Of a stretch of 64,000 bases of DNA, positions 1-13,017 are shown one piece after another. A model generated the notes under the pieces. That model was not told the DNA's origin. It searched no databases and was given only the letters and a program-made list of their open reading frames with translations. The translations under genes and the position numbers were made by a program. The stretch comes from Camelus dromedarius (taxonomy: Eukaryota): contig NC_087436.1 of assembly GCF_036321535.1 (NCBI RefSeq), positions 72,108,001 to 72,172,000 of the forward strand, in the 5' to 3' direction. Numbering within the stretch: the first letter of the stretch is position 1; every line of letters starts with the position of its first letter.

Positions 1-1197
1 TCACCCTTGAGAAGCTCACAGGCTAGAGGGGGAGGCAGGTGCATAAAAATACAATGAACGGCATGCTCTGAAAGTGATACAGAAAAGTTATCAGTGCACC
101 TACTCCAGACGGAAGGGTCACGAAAGGCTTTCTGGATAACATTACAGACCTGAACCTGAAAGGAATGGTGGAGGGGTTGTGCGAATAGGATTTCGAGAAG
201 CAGGTAGACTTCAAGGCAGAGTCAGGAAAGTAAGAAACTTCATGATGTGTAGGGAATTACAAGGTGTTTAGAATTGCTGGAGCGTCACGTTTGAGAAAAA
301 CTGGCAACGTGCAAGTCATACAGCAGGACTTCAGTGTTTTCTCCAGAGGAAAAGTGAGGCTTCCTTCAAGGTGACTTCTGATTTTCCTTAGTTATGGCCT
401 AAGGTCAGACTGAGGAAAAGGTCCTGGCTGCTCTCTCTCCATCTTCTCCCTAACTAGAACTCATCTAGTCATGGACAGGAGGATGGATGAAGAGACGGCT
501 TGGTACCTCCACGTATACACAGAAGGAGATGAGTCAGACAGTCAGGATTAAAAAGGAAGGGAAGAAGGGAGAGAGGAGAAGAACAAAAAATTTATATGTA
601 TGATTTATTTGGGAATATTTATTAATTTTTCTAAAAATTATAAAGGATAATGAAAATAACAGTGCAACTTACATGTTCAACCCACACAGAAGACTGCTGT
701 GTACATTTATTGCACTTCAAATGCATTTTGTTCTGATCCTGTTCAACAGGACACAGCAATCAGATGGAGCATTAGTTAAGTCTCCTTTCCAGAAAGCAGG
801 AAAAGTCCTTTGTTCCAAGGAGAGGAGAAATTTAAATTTTATCCCTGTTTCTTTTGGCAACAAGGCCAGGGCTAAAGAAATCTTGCCTTTCCGTTTTGTC
901 TTTTCTAGTGAAAGAATGCAGTCTTCCCGGAAAGGAGGAATGTGGAGAGAGGACAGAGCACGGACTCTGGCGCCCAGAGACCTGAGGTCCAGTCCAGCTC
1001 TGCGCGTGGTATCAGATCTTGCACAAATTACCTAACCTCTCAGAGCCCTGGTTTCTGAACACCTACTTCCTTGAGTTGTTGGGGGATTAGATGAGACGGT
1101 ATTTAAGCTTCAGAGCTTTCATCCTCAAGAATGCACACAATAAAGGTAAACACAAAGATCGTTTTCTAAGGACTGAAAACCATAAAAGATAGCTCAC

Positions 1198-1337
1198 CTT
1201 TTGGAAAAGACGTCTGGTGACTTGAGCACAGTGAAAGAAGGGATTTGCTTCTCATCTTGTATTTTCAGCTGTATAGGCCGTTTTACTCCCCAGAAAATGT
1301 CCAACATTCCTTCAACAATTAGTTTGCCATCTTCAGT
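1198..1337 (-). CDS. RASSF6: RASSF6 coding exon (exon 4), 140 nt: [46 protein letters not shown] + 2 nt
   Basis: Minus strand tttcttccctAG|ACTGAAGATGGC...TCCAAAAG|GTgagct. Starts in phase 0, matching the previous exon, and has no stop. The [15 protein letters not shown] motif is typical of RASSF2/4/6. Confidence 0.97.
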
Positions 1338-1982
1338 CTAGGGAAGAAACCAATCATCTCAAACATTTTTTTTGTACTATTTATGGCGGGTAAATGTTTT
1401 AACTGAAATGTAGAAATGAAATCTGTAAGACATCTTAACTGATAAAAAATAAATCCCCAGATGGGATTGTTTGGCTTTTAAATTTATGTACCAATCAATT
1501 CTATTTTTGAAACATTCTTTTATTTTTGAAAGCAGCTCTATCCAGCAAAGTAAGTCACAATGGTAATGAAATGTCCACCAGAGGGCATAGTATGCTAAAG
1601 TGCTTTCTGAACTCTCGATTCTTCAATTAAGTAGAAATTTAATTCTCTAATTCTATTTAATTTAAAATTAAAGCAGAATTAAAAACTGTACTAAAGTAGA
1701 AATCAGAAGAACAGCTACTGATACTCGTTTAGTGGCTGTTTTCTCATTTCTGAACAGGAAAATTTTAGCTCACAATGTTACGCAGAACAAGTAAAATAAT
1801 GTATGTAAAAACAGTGTAAAAAGCATAACAAATTATATTTTTGAAAAAAATTTTAAAAATTCAGTAGCACTTGAATAATCTTTTAAGCTGAAAATGAAAC
1901 ATAAGAAGGAAATTCCATACAAACAAAGAAAAATCAATAAACAGGATTAAACATTTACTTAGTCTGTGGATGTAAATATATA

Positions 1983-3540
1983 TTTTTAATTAAAGTATAG
2001 TTAGTTACAATGTGTCAATTTCTGGTGTGCCACATAATGTCCCAGTCATATATATATACATTCATTCTCATTAAAGGTTATTACAAGTATTGAATATAGT
2101 TCCCTGTGCTATACAGAAGAAATTTGGTTTTTATATATAGTAGTTAATACTTGCAAATCTCAAACTCCCAAATTTATCCCTTCTCATTGCCTTTCCCCTG
2201 CTAGCTGTAACATTGTTTACTATGTCTGTGAGTCTGTTTCTGTTTTGTAGATGAGTTCATTAGTGTCTTTTCTTTTTTTAGATTCCACATATGAGTGATA
2301 TTATATAATATTTTTCTTTGTCTTTCTGGCTTGCTTCGCTTAGAATGACGATCTCCAGGTCCATCCATATTGCTGCAAATGGTATTATTTTATTTTATTT
2401 TATTTTATTTTATTTGGCTGAGTAGTACTCCATTGTACATATATCACAACTTCTTTATCTGGTCATCTGTCAACAGACATTTAGGTTGCTTCCATGTCTT
2501 GGCTATTGTAAATAGTGCTGCTATGAACATTGGGGTGAATGTATCTTTTTGAAATAGAGTTCTCTCTGGATATATGCCCAGGAGTGGGATTGCTGGATCA
2601 TATGGTAACTCTATTTTTAGTTTTTTGAGGAATCTCCATACTGTTTTCCATTACAATGGCTGCACGAAACTACATTCCCATCAACAGTGTAGGAGGGGTT
2701 CCCTTTTCTCCACAGCGTCTCCAGCATTTATCATTTGAGGACTTTTGAATGATGGCTATTCTGACTGGTGTAAGGTGATACCTCATTGTAGTTTTGATTT
2801 GCATTTCTCTGATAATTAGCCATATTGAGCATTTTTTCATGTGCTTATTGGCCATTTGTATGTCTTCATTGGGGAAATGTTTGTTTAGGTCTTCTGCCCA
2901 TTTTTGGATTGGTTTGTTTGTTTTTGTTATCAAGTTTTATGAGCTGTTTATATATTCTGAAAATTAAACTGTTGTCAGTCACATCATTTGCAAATATGTT
3001 TTCGCATTCTGAAGGTGGTTTTTTTGTTTTGCTTATGGTTGCTTATGGTTTCCTTTGCTGTGCAAAAGCTTATAAGTTTAATTAGGTCCCATTTGTTTAT
3101 TTTTGTTTTTATTTCTATTGCCTGGGTAGACTGCCCTAGGAGAACATTGCTAAGATTCATCCAAAGAATGTTTTGCCCATGTTTTCTTCTAGGAAGTTTA
3201 TAATGTCTTATCTCACATTTAAGTCTTTAAGCCATTTTAAGTTTATTTTTGTGTGTGATGTGAGGGAGTGTTCTAACTTCATTGATTCACATGCTGCTGT
3301 CCAATTTTCCCAACACCATTTGCTGAAGAGATTGTCTTTTCTCCATTGTGTATAGTCTTGCCTCCTTTGTCAAAGATTAATTGACCAAAAGTTTGTTGGT
3401 TTATTTCTGAGGTCTCTATCTGTTCCACTGATCCGCGTGTCTGTTTCTGTACCAGTATTACACTGTTTTGATGACTGTTGCTCTGTAGTATTGTCTGAAG
3501 TCTGGGAGGATTATTCCTCCAGGTTCATTCTTTTGCTTCT
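1983..3540 (-). mobile_element. 5'-truncated LINE-1 (camelid-type 3' end, ORF2 C-terminal remnants), same orientation as RASSF6, in intron 3
   Basis: ORF 2670..2933(-) reads [15 protein letters not shown]...[29 protein letters not shown], the L1 ORF2 C-terminus. 3' UTR and A-rich end near 1985. Confidence 0.93.
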
Positions 3541-5202
3541 GCTATTTTTTAAAAAAATTGAAGTACAGTTGATTTTCAATGTTATATTACTTTCTGGCAT
3601 ACTGGTACTCTCCACAGCCTTTATCATCATCTAATATACTACACATTTTGCTTTTTTGTTTTTTCAACTAAAAACGTAAGCAGCAGGAAGGCAAGACATT
3701 CTGTCTAGTTTCTTCATTGCTATATCTCTAGCTTTTAGAACAGTGTCTGGCATATGGTATACAATAAATATTTGTTAATTAATCAGAGATTAAGAAAGGT
3801 ACATGTTATTCTCCATGGACCTCCCCCCTTGAACAGTATCCATCACTGTAGGTAAGTCAGAGACTTGGAAAATTTTGGAATTCTAACTTTAATGGTGGTG
3901 AGTAAAGATGGACAGATTTTCTCACTGTATAGTTTACTTCATACAATTTTGAAATATTATGTAACACATAAGACATTATTTTAAAAAATAAAGTGATGTA
4001 AACTGAGCACTGATTCACCAAATAGGGCAGAATGTGCTTCAGCTTGTATTTTCATAAAAATTCAAACATTTTCCTAAAGGAAACTAACTTAATATAATGA
4101 ATTTTGTGGAAACTATTCACATTCCTTTTTTATTTTGCAACATTTTATTAAAGTTTTGATTTTTCCTAAATTTTATACTTTCACAATTACATATATTAGA
4201 GATCTAAGATATAGGACAGTATTGAAATAGTTTAAAGTTAGATCCTCTTCTTTATAAAGGGGTTAGTTATTTCCTACTTCTGTATATTACCACATTTGAA
4301 AAGGTGTTTGAAATATTCAATCAAGCTAAATCACTTAATCTCACTAGTAAAGGCTAGAGTGGTTTGTAAATTTCCTTCTGTCCCAACTGCTGATTTAAGT
4401 TGTCAATGTTGTACCACCATATCTGAAGATCTGAAACCTAGGGAAAAAGTTCTAATGTTCCCTGGGACCAGGAAGATATTGTAAAGATGTGAAGTGAGCC
4501 CCATTAGAAAACAAGACTGAGTGGAGAATGAGGCATTAAAAAAATAATAATAAGGCCAGTTTCTACAGTAGCCTGCCAGTTGCACCCTTAAAAAATGCTT
4601 TCTAGACTCAGGACTTTGCTGAATTGTTTAACATTTTAAAACTGTTTCTCTAATGTTTTAAAATTTGTTATTATTATGACATAGTACACATTCATTTGAA
4701 TCTAACTCATTCATTTTTGACAACCAAATCAAACGACAGCTATGTCATAATTTATTTGAATAGTCTTTCATTGTTTGGGTCTGAAGATATCTTCAAAATT
4801 TTTTTCCATTATAAATGATATCACCATGAATATCCTTCTATATGTATCTGGTACATTTGTAAGAAAATTCTAGGTTAGATTTCTAGAGAAATTGCTGTTC
4901 AAAAGATATTCATATCCTGTTTTCAAAGTAGAAAGCAAATATGTCATCAAAATTATTTTAAAATGTTTTCCTATTCCAAAGAAGCTTAGTAAGTCACAGA
5001 TGTTCCAGGACTGGGATTTTGTGATACAATCTAAAAATACAAATCATGATCAAGTTAAAGATCATGTTTAATTGTTTCTCCCAGACCATTTGTGCTGCTG
5101 GGCTGTGGACTCCAACTTACCCTGACTCCTCTGTGCTTTTACGGATTTTCTTTTTCCTGTGACTCAAACTCAAACTATACTGCATGTCTTTGACAGACCT
5201 AC

Positions 5203-5281
5203 CTGTCCATATACAATATGCAGGTTTTTCTGGTTCTTATAAAAGATGTTATAGGTCTTCAATAAAGAATTAAGTTGTTCC
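5203..5281 (-). CDS. RASSF6: RASSF6 coding exon (exon 3), 79 nt: (R)[26 protein letters not shown]
   Basis: Minus strand T21-AG|GGAACAACTT...GGACAG|GTaggt. 1 nt + 26 codons, completing the AG|G Arg codon from exon 2. Confidence 0.97.
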
Positions 5282-5789
5282 CTAAAAAAAAAAAAAAAAA
5301 AAAAGCATTACATTCAGTTAGAATTAGTCTTAGGCTCTTTGATGGTAAAAGGCAATAATGATGCTTTCAGTTCATAAATGTATGAGACAGAAAGACATAG
5401 TTCACTGGAATCTTTACTGTTCTGTCATTTTAACATAGGCCATTGAAAGCTGAAGCCTTCTTAGGACCTCAACAAATGCTGAAGGTGCTAATTTATAAAT
5501 AAATAACTGAAGAAAGGAAAATGACTACAGACAGAAGTAGTGAGGAGAGTGTTCTATAGCAGGAGGCAGTCATAAAACAGACTTTGTTTCACATTCCTTT
5601 TTTATTTTGCAACATTTCATCAACCTAAGTTAAGCCCCTCCCTAGTATACACCTGAGATTGTTCCTCCCACTGGGGATGCAGCAATGTTCAGGAATGGTC
5701 ATTGCTCCTAGCATCTCACCCTTTGTGGTAGATGGGCTCTAGCAGTGGGAACACTGGTTCCTGCCATCTCTCCTTCTGTGCCACCACAG

Positions 5790-6465
5790 CTAAAGATGCC
5801 TGTCTCACCTTCCCTGCTGGTCCAAGCTATCTTCTCACACCTGGATTATTGCATCAGTCTCCTAACAGACTCCCCATATCTGTTGTCTATTCTCAACAGC
5901 AGGAGTTATTTTCATGAAAACCTGATCATCTCTCTCCTTTGCTCAAAACTTTCCAAATATCTTCTCATTATTAGAATAAAAGCCAATAGCTTCATTGTTA
6001 GAATGAAGCCAATGACTTCCAAGGCCAGTTGTGATCTGGTCGCTGTTACACCTTCCATCCCATTTTTACTTCTCTCCTCCACTCACTACTCCTTGACGTT
6101 CCTTGAGCATTCTGGGAACATTCTCACCTCCCGGTCTTCATACTTGTTGGCCCTTCTGCCCAGAAGGATCTCCCTGCACCATCACACTGTTATGCATTCA
6201 TTTTCTTTAACTACTCCAAGGAGACCTTCTTGACAACCCAATCTGAGTCTGTCTTCTCCCAGCATTCATCTCCCACTTTCCTCCTTACCTCCGCCCTTTG
6301 GTCACCTTGTATGTATTTTACTTATTTATCTTATGTTGTCTCCCCCGCTAGACTGTACCTCCAAGATTACAGGCATGCTTGTGTGTTTTGTTCATGCTAT
6401 GTTTTGTGTGCCTGGAAGAGAGCCTGGCATGTCCTAAGAAGTCAACAAATACTGGTTGATTGAAA
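5790..6465 (+). mobile_element. L2 3' fragment
   Basis: Typical L2 3' motifs (ctagactgta..ctcc..., cctggcat...caacaaatactggttgattgaa). Confidence 0.65.
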
Positions 6466-7383
6466 TGATCAGAAAAATTCTTATTTCTAAAACAAAACAA
6501 AAATCAGACAAAGAATGGAAAGCCTTTTTTGTATAAGCAATTTTATGGGGGAGAAATCTTATATTAAACTTTCAAATATATCAATCACTAAAATCCCTTT
6601 GATCCTCAATATCTGTCTTCCTCCCATAAGAATACTGGCTCCATGAGGGGAGGAGATTTTGTCTATTTTATTCATTGCTATCTTCCCAGAGCTTAGAGCA
6701 GACTTGCTCCTAGTAGGCTCTGATTCAATCCACATTTATACATCCCAAATGACAGAATTCGTGTATATTGATTTTTATGTTTGAGATCATGTAAACATAC
6801 TTTGCATTTGACTTTCCCACTTGTAATTCTTAATGTGCACATTTCCAAGGATCAACACTCTCCACACCAACACCACATTAAAAGAAAATTCTACAGAATT
6901 CCTCCACGCTATTGTTCCAGTTCCCAATTGACTTACTTTAGAATTTCAGTGTTAGTGAATATTTCTGTTCTAAATGTCACTGGGCACATGAAGGATTTTG
7001 CTTCATTGAAGTCATTTCTGTGGGATAGTTTCTAAAAATTAACGTACTGGTAAAAAGCATGAACACTTTTATCCCTCTCATTATTGGGTGCCAGGGAAGC
7101 AAACGGAAGTTTCCAGGTCACTTGGGATGCGACTCCTGATATGCTGAGCTGGGAGAGTTGTTATTAAAGCAGATGGACTTTTACATAATCTTATTCCCTC
7201 AGCTTCTGTTTCTAATAAAACTGCACGACAAGGTAGGGTACAAGTATCCTTCAAAGTATTTACCTCAGAACTATGTTTAATTAGAAAGGTTATTCTCTGG
7301 AAACAAGCTACTTAGAAAATGTTTCTTTATCTGAACAGAACCCGACTAAATATTTCTCCGTAGAAATAAGTCTCCAGATGACC

Positions 7384-7590
7384 TAGGGAGTCAGCAAACT
7401 CTGGTCCCAGGCCACCTGTTTTTATAAATAAAGTTTTATTGGCACATAGCCACACCAATTTGCTTGCTTATTGTCTGTAGCTGCTTTCCTTCTATGACTG
7501 CAGAGTTGAGTAGTGGTGACACAAACCATATGGCCCACAAAGCCTCAAATATTTATTATCTGGCCCTTTACAGAGGTTGTTGGCCAATCC
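7384..7590. mobile_element. MER58-like hAT-Charlie non-autonomous DNA transposon
   Basis: gtcagcaaact...aataaagttttattgg...tatggcccacaaagcc...tatctggccctttacaga matches the MER58A pattern as recalled. Confidence 0.75.
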
Positions 7591-7970
7591 ATAGAGCATG
7601 TGTAATGCAGGGTAGCTGAATATTATGGCAGTCTTCCATATTTTCTTACCACAGGCAGGATCTTTCTGGCTATCAATGGCACTTTGAAAGATTTTGGAAT
7701 GCGGAAGATGAGTAGAGTTCACTAAAATAGTGTGGGGATAAAATTAGGTACATTAAATGGTACAATAAAGTGAGGAATTTTCTGGTGAATGCATTCCAAG
7801 TATTAAAACATCATCACATTTTAATCATATGTACCTTACCAGAGGAACGTCCGAAGATGATTGGTTTATGTACCTAATGAAACAATAGATCCAACAGAAT
7901 ACTGGGGATAAATTATAGCCTGCAACATTCTAATTTGACTTGTTGTTGTTAGGGGCACAGGGAGCTGAAG

Positions 7971-8005
7971 AGTTATTGTCAAGTTATTGTCAAAGTTATT
8001 GTCAA
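7971..8005 (+). repeat. Tandem repeat AGTTATTGTCA(A) x3
   Basis: Read directly: agttattgtca agttattgtcaa agttattgtcaa. Confidence 0.9.
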
Positions 8006-11000
8006 ATCGACATCTGCTGACTGCTGCACAATTTGTCCTCTAACAGAAGACCTGCCCTAATGGTCATTCATTCATTCATTTGCTGTGTGAGCTCAATCAA
8101 GAGGCCTCAGTCGGACTCTGAGGGTGGGTGAGAGCTTCAAGGAACAGATGCTGCCTGTGGTGCACTTCGGAGGGGAAAGATTAAGCAAGAAGAATGTGAA
8201 GAGCTTACGAGGCAAGGAAAATATTAACAAAGACATTTGAGATATTGCTATAGTTCTATTTGGGAGAAAGCTCAAAGAATTGGGATTCTAAGAGCAGAGC
8301 ATGTAAAATGGGGATTGGTGAGTGATGAAGAAGCAGGCAGGAACCTTGTAAACCACACTGCAGGCAATGGGCAGTTACTGGAGGTTCAGGTGAGAGGAAG
8401 ATATGATACTCCTAAGGGCCACCAGGGGGCTTAAGACAGACTTAGGACAGAACAACATGGAGGCAGCAAGATGAGTGGAACCACTACAGTGGTACTCGGG
8501 TAGAGGGTAAAGGCTATGTTCTGTGGAAAGGCAATCAGAAGTCCCTCATATATAGAAGAATTTGAAGTCTAGAAAAGACCTAAAATAAATATAGGAATTA
8601 TTTGGTTTAAGAGATCCAAAGGCAGTCACTAAAATGTTATCTAGGCAGCCCGCAGTCAGGAAAGGGGACATTGATTTAATATATGTGGTGACTTGGCAAT
8701 GGTAAGTGTAACAGAGTCTCTTAGGACCCACTTAAATGTTCCCTATGGGCCTCCCTACCTCATAAACAAGGGGGGAACATCATCTGTGTATCTTTCCCTC
8801 TCAGCCCCGTAGAGCCTCACCCACCTAGACCAGACTGCTTAGCAACTGTTCAATTGCCCTAAATATTCAATTGCCAAAAGCTATAAAATGGATGATAAGA
8901 AATGGATTCCATATCCAGTCTTCTCAGTCTACAAATTTTTGATGTCTGGAAGCCACAGGGACACCCAAGAAGTCGACACGATACAAACAGCCTATATACT
9001 TTATGTGTGATACATAAATTGATTTCCTAAGAGCTTGTTTTTGGGGAACATGAGATACTGTATCATAATATATAAAACAAGGATTTAAAAAAATATTATC
9101 ACACAGTATATAACATGAATAGTGTTTTTAACAAAACTAAGGGATAACAAACTTCCATAAAAATGGTAATTCTAACTAGACGAACGCATAGAATCATAAA
9201 CTTCCCCAGGATAGAAACTGGCAACGCACATTGGCAGTGCAGAGAGAGGATTCTGATAGATGCCAATGGACACCCAGAATTATCCATTATGGCTCCCGGA
9301 TGAGCGCTAATCAGGGAGAGACTTAACACAGGGGCGATAGGTGTAGGGGAAGGATGCCAGGGCCCCTCTTCCTTTAAGGTTCCCTGTTCCTTTAAGGCTC
9401 CTGGCTCAGTTTTAATGAGTAATAGTGGACCCAGAGCTGACTGTAAAATTCTTAGGTGTACTTTGCACTTTGTGGTCTGAATTGCATCTGCTCAGCAGAT
9501 GGGAATTACCCACATTCTGACGTCTGTTGTGAATAATGGACTTAGCAAAGAATGAGTTCCTCAGTCTTACCACGCTATTTGGCTGGCCGGAAGAAAACAT
9601 TTATTTGATTTTATAAACTGTGATATGCATGGACACTGGACAGTGTGATGGGTAGAAGTGATTATGCTCTGAGTCGATAGAACGTCAAGTTTTAGTTACC
9701 ATACCAATTCTCTCATTTTGGTAATTTACAGCATAATGAAGTGGATGTCTCATCCCTTTCCTGGAAACAAAACAAACAAACAAACAAAAAAACCCACAAA
9801 AGAAAACAGAACAAAAAAGCCCTGTCTCACTCTTTACTAAGTGATTCTTACAAGTTGGACCTAATAAAGGCAAGTCAGAAACACTGCTGTATGTTGTAGC
9901 CGAGCACAAACTTCAGAGACTACCACATGACACAAAATAAACTTCAGTGGAAAACACAACCCAGTGTGGTTCACCATAGGTGTCTTTGGCCATGGCTGTG
10001 CTTCCTGAGCTTGTGTTGTTTCTGCCTCTTGGAGACTTGCTGAAAAATATTCAGGCTCCAAGCCAGGCAGCCCCTGAGCTACACCAGAAACAGCATACTG
10101 CTGGTGTTGCCATGTTTAAGAGCAGGGACCTAAAACACTTGCAAGAGTCTCTTCAAAAGATGAAAAATTGAGGCAGAATAAAAATACTAGCTTGCTCTCT
10201 TATGCATTTATTTCCTTCCCCATCAATTTTGTTCATAATGTTAAATTTTAGACGTGAGCTTAACAATTATAATGTCAGATTCAAAAAACTGCATTTAAAA
10301 CTTAATTCATAGGTACTTTTATTAAAAAAAACATATTAACATGTAAAGAAAGCAAATTGATCATTTTCTGGGAAGTAAGGTGGTAATTTTAAAATTTTCT
10401 GTGTTGTAGCTCTGTATACTTTCCAAACTCTATGTAATAAGTACATAAAACATTTACAATGTTGTCACGATTTTACTTCCGTAAAGATGTAATATAAACT
10501 CCCATATGTTTTTAGAAATGTGACCCAAGAAATGAAGACAACAGAAAAGAGGAAGTAAAACCTCATTAAGGTATTTGCCAAGACAAATCATCATTCCATA
10601 TTGCTGACGTCTGCAAGCATTAGCAGAATTCTCTTAACCCACTTTATCCTTCATTACTGTCAACTTGAATCCTGGAATTAAAATTGCAAACTCCTGCAAC
10701 CCCTCTTCCATATATGGCCACAGCTCTGAGTCTTTCTGCCTTTGGCCTCATCTCCCGAATCAAATGATGAGGAAAGAAGACTGCTTTTCAACCTTTGCTT
10801 AGAGACTCTCCTCAGCTAGCAAAGGAGGTTATTCATTTCCATTGCAAATGAAGGGATTGGGTTGCGCAGTTTGAATACTGAGAAGCTGGGAATAGGAGGG
10901 CTATTTCGATTGAAGTAAAAATGCAAAACCTAAATGATCAAGGAGACCCGAATTTGTCTAACTCTCCTGACTTCCTTTGAAGGGCTGCCCTTTTTTTTTT

Positions 11001-12257
11001 TTTTTTTTTTGAAAAGGAAGGGTTTTTAACATCTCTAGCAGCTCTGCTCAAGTTCATTAATTATTGTTGTGGCTGGGATGGTGGTGCCTGTGATCTGTTT
11101 ACCTTGTTCTTCCAGGCAGTTCTGTCCTAAGACCCTAATTCTCTCATCAGTGCTGGCAACTGATGATAAAAAGGACCTGGGAGTTTCCTGAAATCTATTA
11201 GTAATCTAATCATAAAGGTAATATAACCAGACTTGCCTCCCCTCTGCCACATAACCACCCCGCTGGCTGCTTTTGGCCATTCTGTGACTTTCATAATTCC
11301 CCGGCATTCATCTTTTCAAGTCACCCCTGTGAACAATGGGCCTGGAGTCATTAGTGGATAGATTTGTCAGCCTTTCTCAGGTCCTCAACTCCTAGAACAC
11401 AGATAAGAGCACAAGGATTAAAAATTAAGGAATAATTTCACAGTATTAAAAAGAAACTTGAGGTGACCAATGACTGGTTGCTTGATTCAAAAACATTCAA
11501 AATGTTTTCTTGATTATGAAAACTTCATCATTTGAGAAAGGGGCTTTAGCTACTCAGAACAACTGTCACTAGAGGTTGACAAGACATGAAGAGGGGATCA
11601 CAGGGAGAGGCATCCTTTATTAAAACCTAGTGCTTCTGAAGAAGACTGGGATGTGCTTAGGTTTGGTATCTGACTTATAAGAGACTCATTCTATAAGGGT
11701 AACTGTCAGTACTTGATACTTTAACACACTAGCATGTTTTCCAACAACCCCGGAAAAATGGAAGACACTTACTACTCCCTTTCTCTCTATGGTTTAGCTT
11801 CCCTTTCCCTCCATGGAAGATTTTTATGAAAAAAAATTTTTTTAAAATTCACAGCCTATTATTCTAGTTAGAGCTGCCTCCACATCAGACTTTGGTTTCT
11901 GTTATCATATGCAGCTGACTTCTTAGGGGCGGCCCAAGCAGTTTGTGGACGGAGAGGAAAGAATGAAGCAAGTCCATGCTCTCTAGTCTCCTCATCTGGT
12001 GTAAAACACAGAGAAGGATGATCTCTGGCTCACAGCCCTAACAATTCTCGAACATCAGATTTTTATATTTCTGTTCTAATCCAAAGCAGGGACTTGACCC
12101 CCACTTTGATGAAATAGTCTTTTTTTGTTGTAGTGGATTGTAGATAACAAAGGAACATTTAGAGCCCAAGAAAATACTGTTTGAAAACTACAGAAAAAAT
12201 TATGTGTTCCCATATGTGTGGACAACATGAAATGTGGTGGTCCATGTGCTATATTAT

Positions 12258-12430
12258 AGGTGGTCTAAAACTGGAATTGCCTGAAGGGCTTGTTGAAACA
12301 GATCGTGAACGGCACCTCCAAAGTTTCTTACTGAGTTATGTCTAGGGGGGTCCTGAGAATTTGCATTTCTAACATGTTGCCAGGTGATTCTGATGCTGCT
12401 AGTCCAGAGACCACACTTTGAGATCCATTC
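12258..12430. mobile_element. MER5A-like DNA transposon
   Basis: gagaatttgcatttctaacatgttgccaggtgattctgatgctgctagtccagagaccacactttgag is the MER5A signature. Confidence 0.75.
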
Positions 12431-12609
12431 TCTTAGATCTGAGGGTGCTGAGAATCCTGGTGATCGTATCCTTTCAGGGGAAGGGAAGTCTCTCTCTGGC
12501 AGACTGCAGGTTGAAATAGGTGGTCATTCCAACTGAAACTAAAATGGTTACACTTAACTGGCCTACCAAAGCTTCTGCCTCCTCCATCCATCCCCTCTGT
12601 CACTGAAGT

Positions 12610-13017
12610 AAGAGGCCTGAGAACACTGTCCTTGCAGACATTCCTTGTGAGGAATTCCTTCTGGAGGTTCTCAGGGGGATACATTCCCTTGCTTTCTCCA
12701 GGCTCCACAGTCTGCCCAGATTCCTTGCCTTCAGGTCCCCTTTTCCATCTTCAAAGCCAGCAATGGCCAGGGAGTCATTCTTACTCCCTCACTCTGATAT
12801 GGACTCTGTCCACATAGCTCTCCTCCTCTCCCACATTTAAGGACCATGGTGATCATGTCAGGCTCATCTGGCTAGCCTCCATATTTTGAAGTCAGCTGAT
12901 TAGTACCCTTAATTCCATCTGTAACCTTAATTCCCTTTTGTCACGTAATGTAAAATATTCAAAGGTTCAGGGGATTAGGAAGTGACATTTTTGGGTGGCC
13001 AATATTCTGCCTATCAT
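12610..13017 (-). mobile_element. MaLR solo LTR (MLT1-type)
   Basis: ccatcttcaaagccagcaatggc...gtcagctgattag..ccttaattccatct...ggggattagga...attctgcctatca, a typical MLT1 antisense reading. Confidence 0.7.

Noticed and set aside
11179..11188. NF-kB-like decamers (GGGAGTTTCC here; similar at 24800 and ~59889)
   Set aside because: Isolated degenerate 10-mers are expected by chance in 64 kb and show no clustering.
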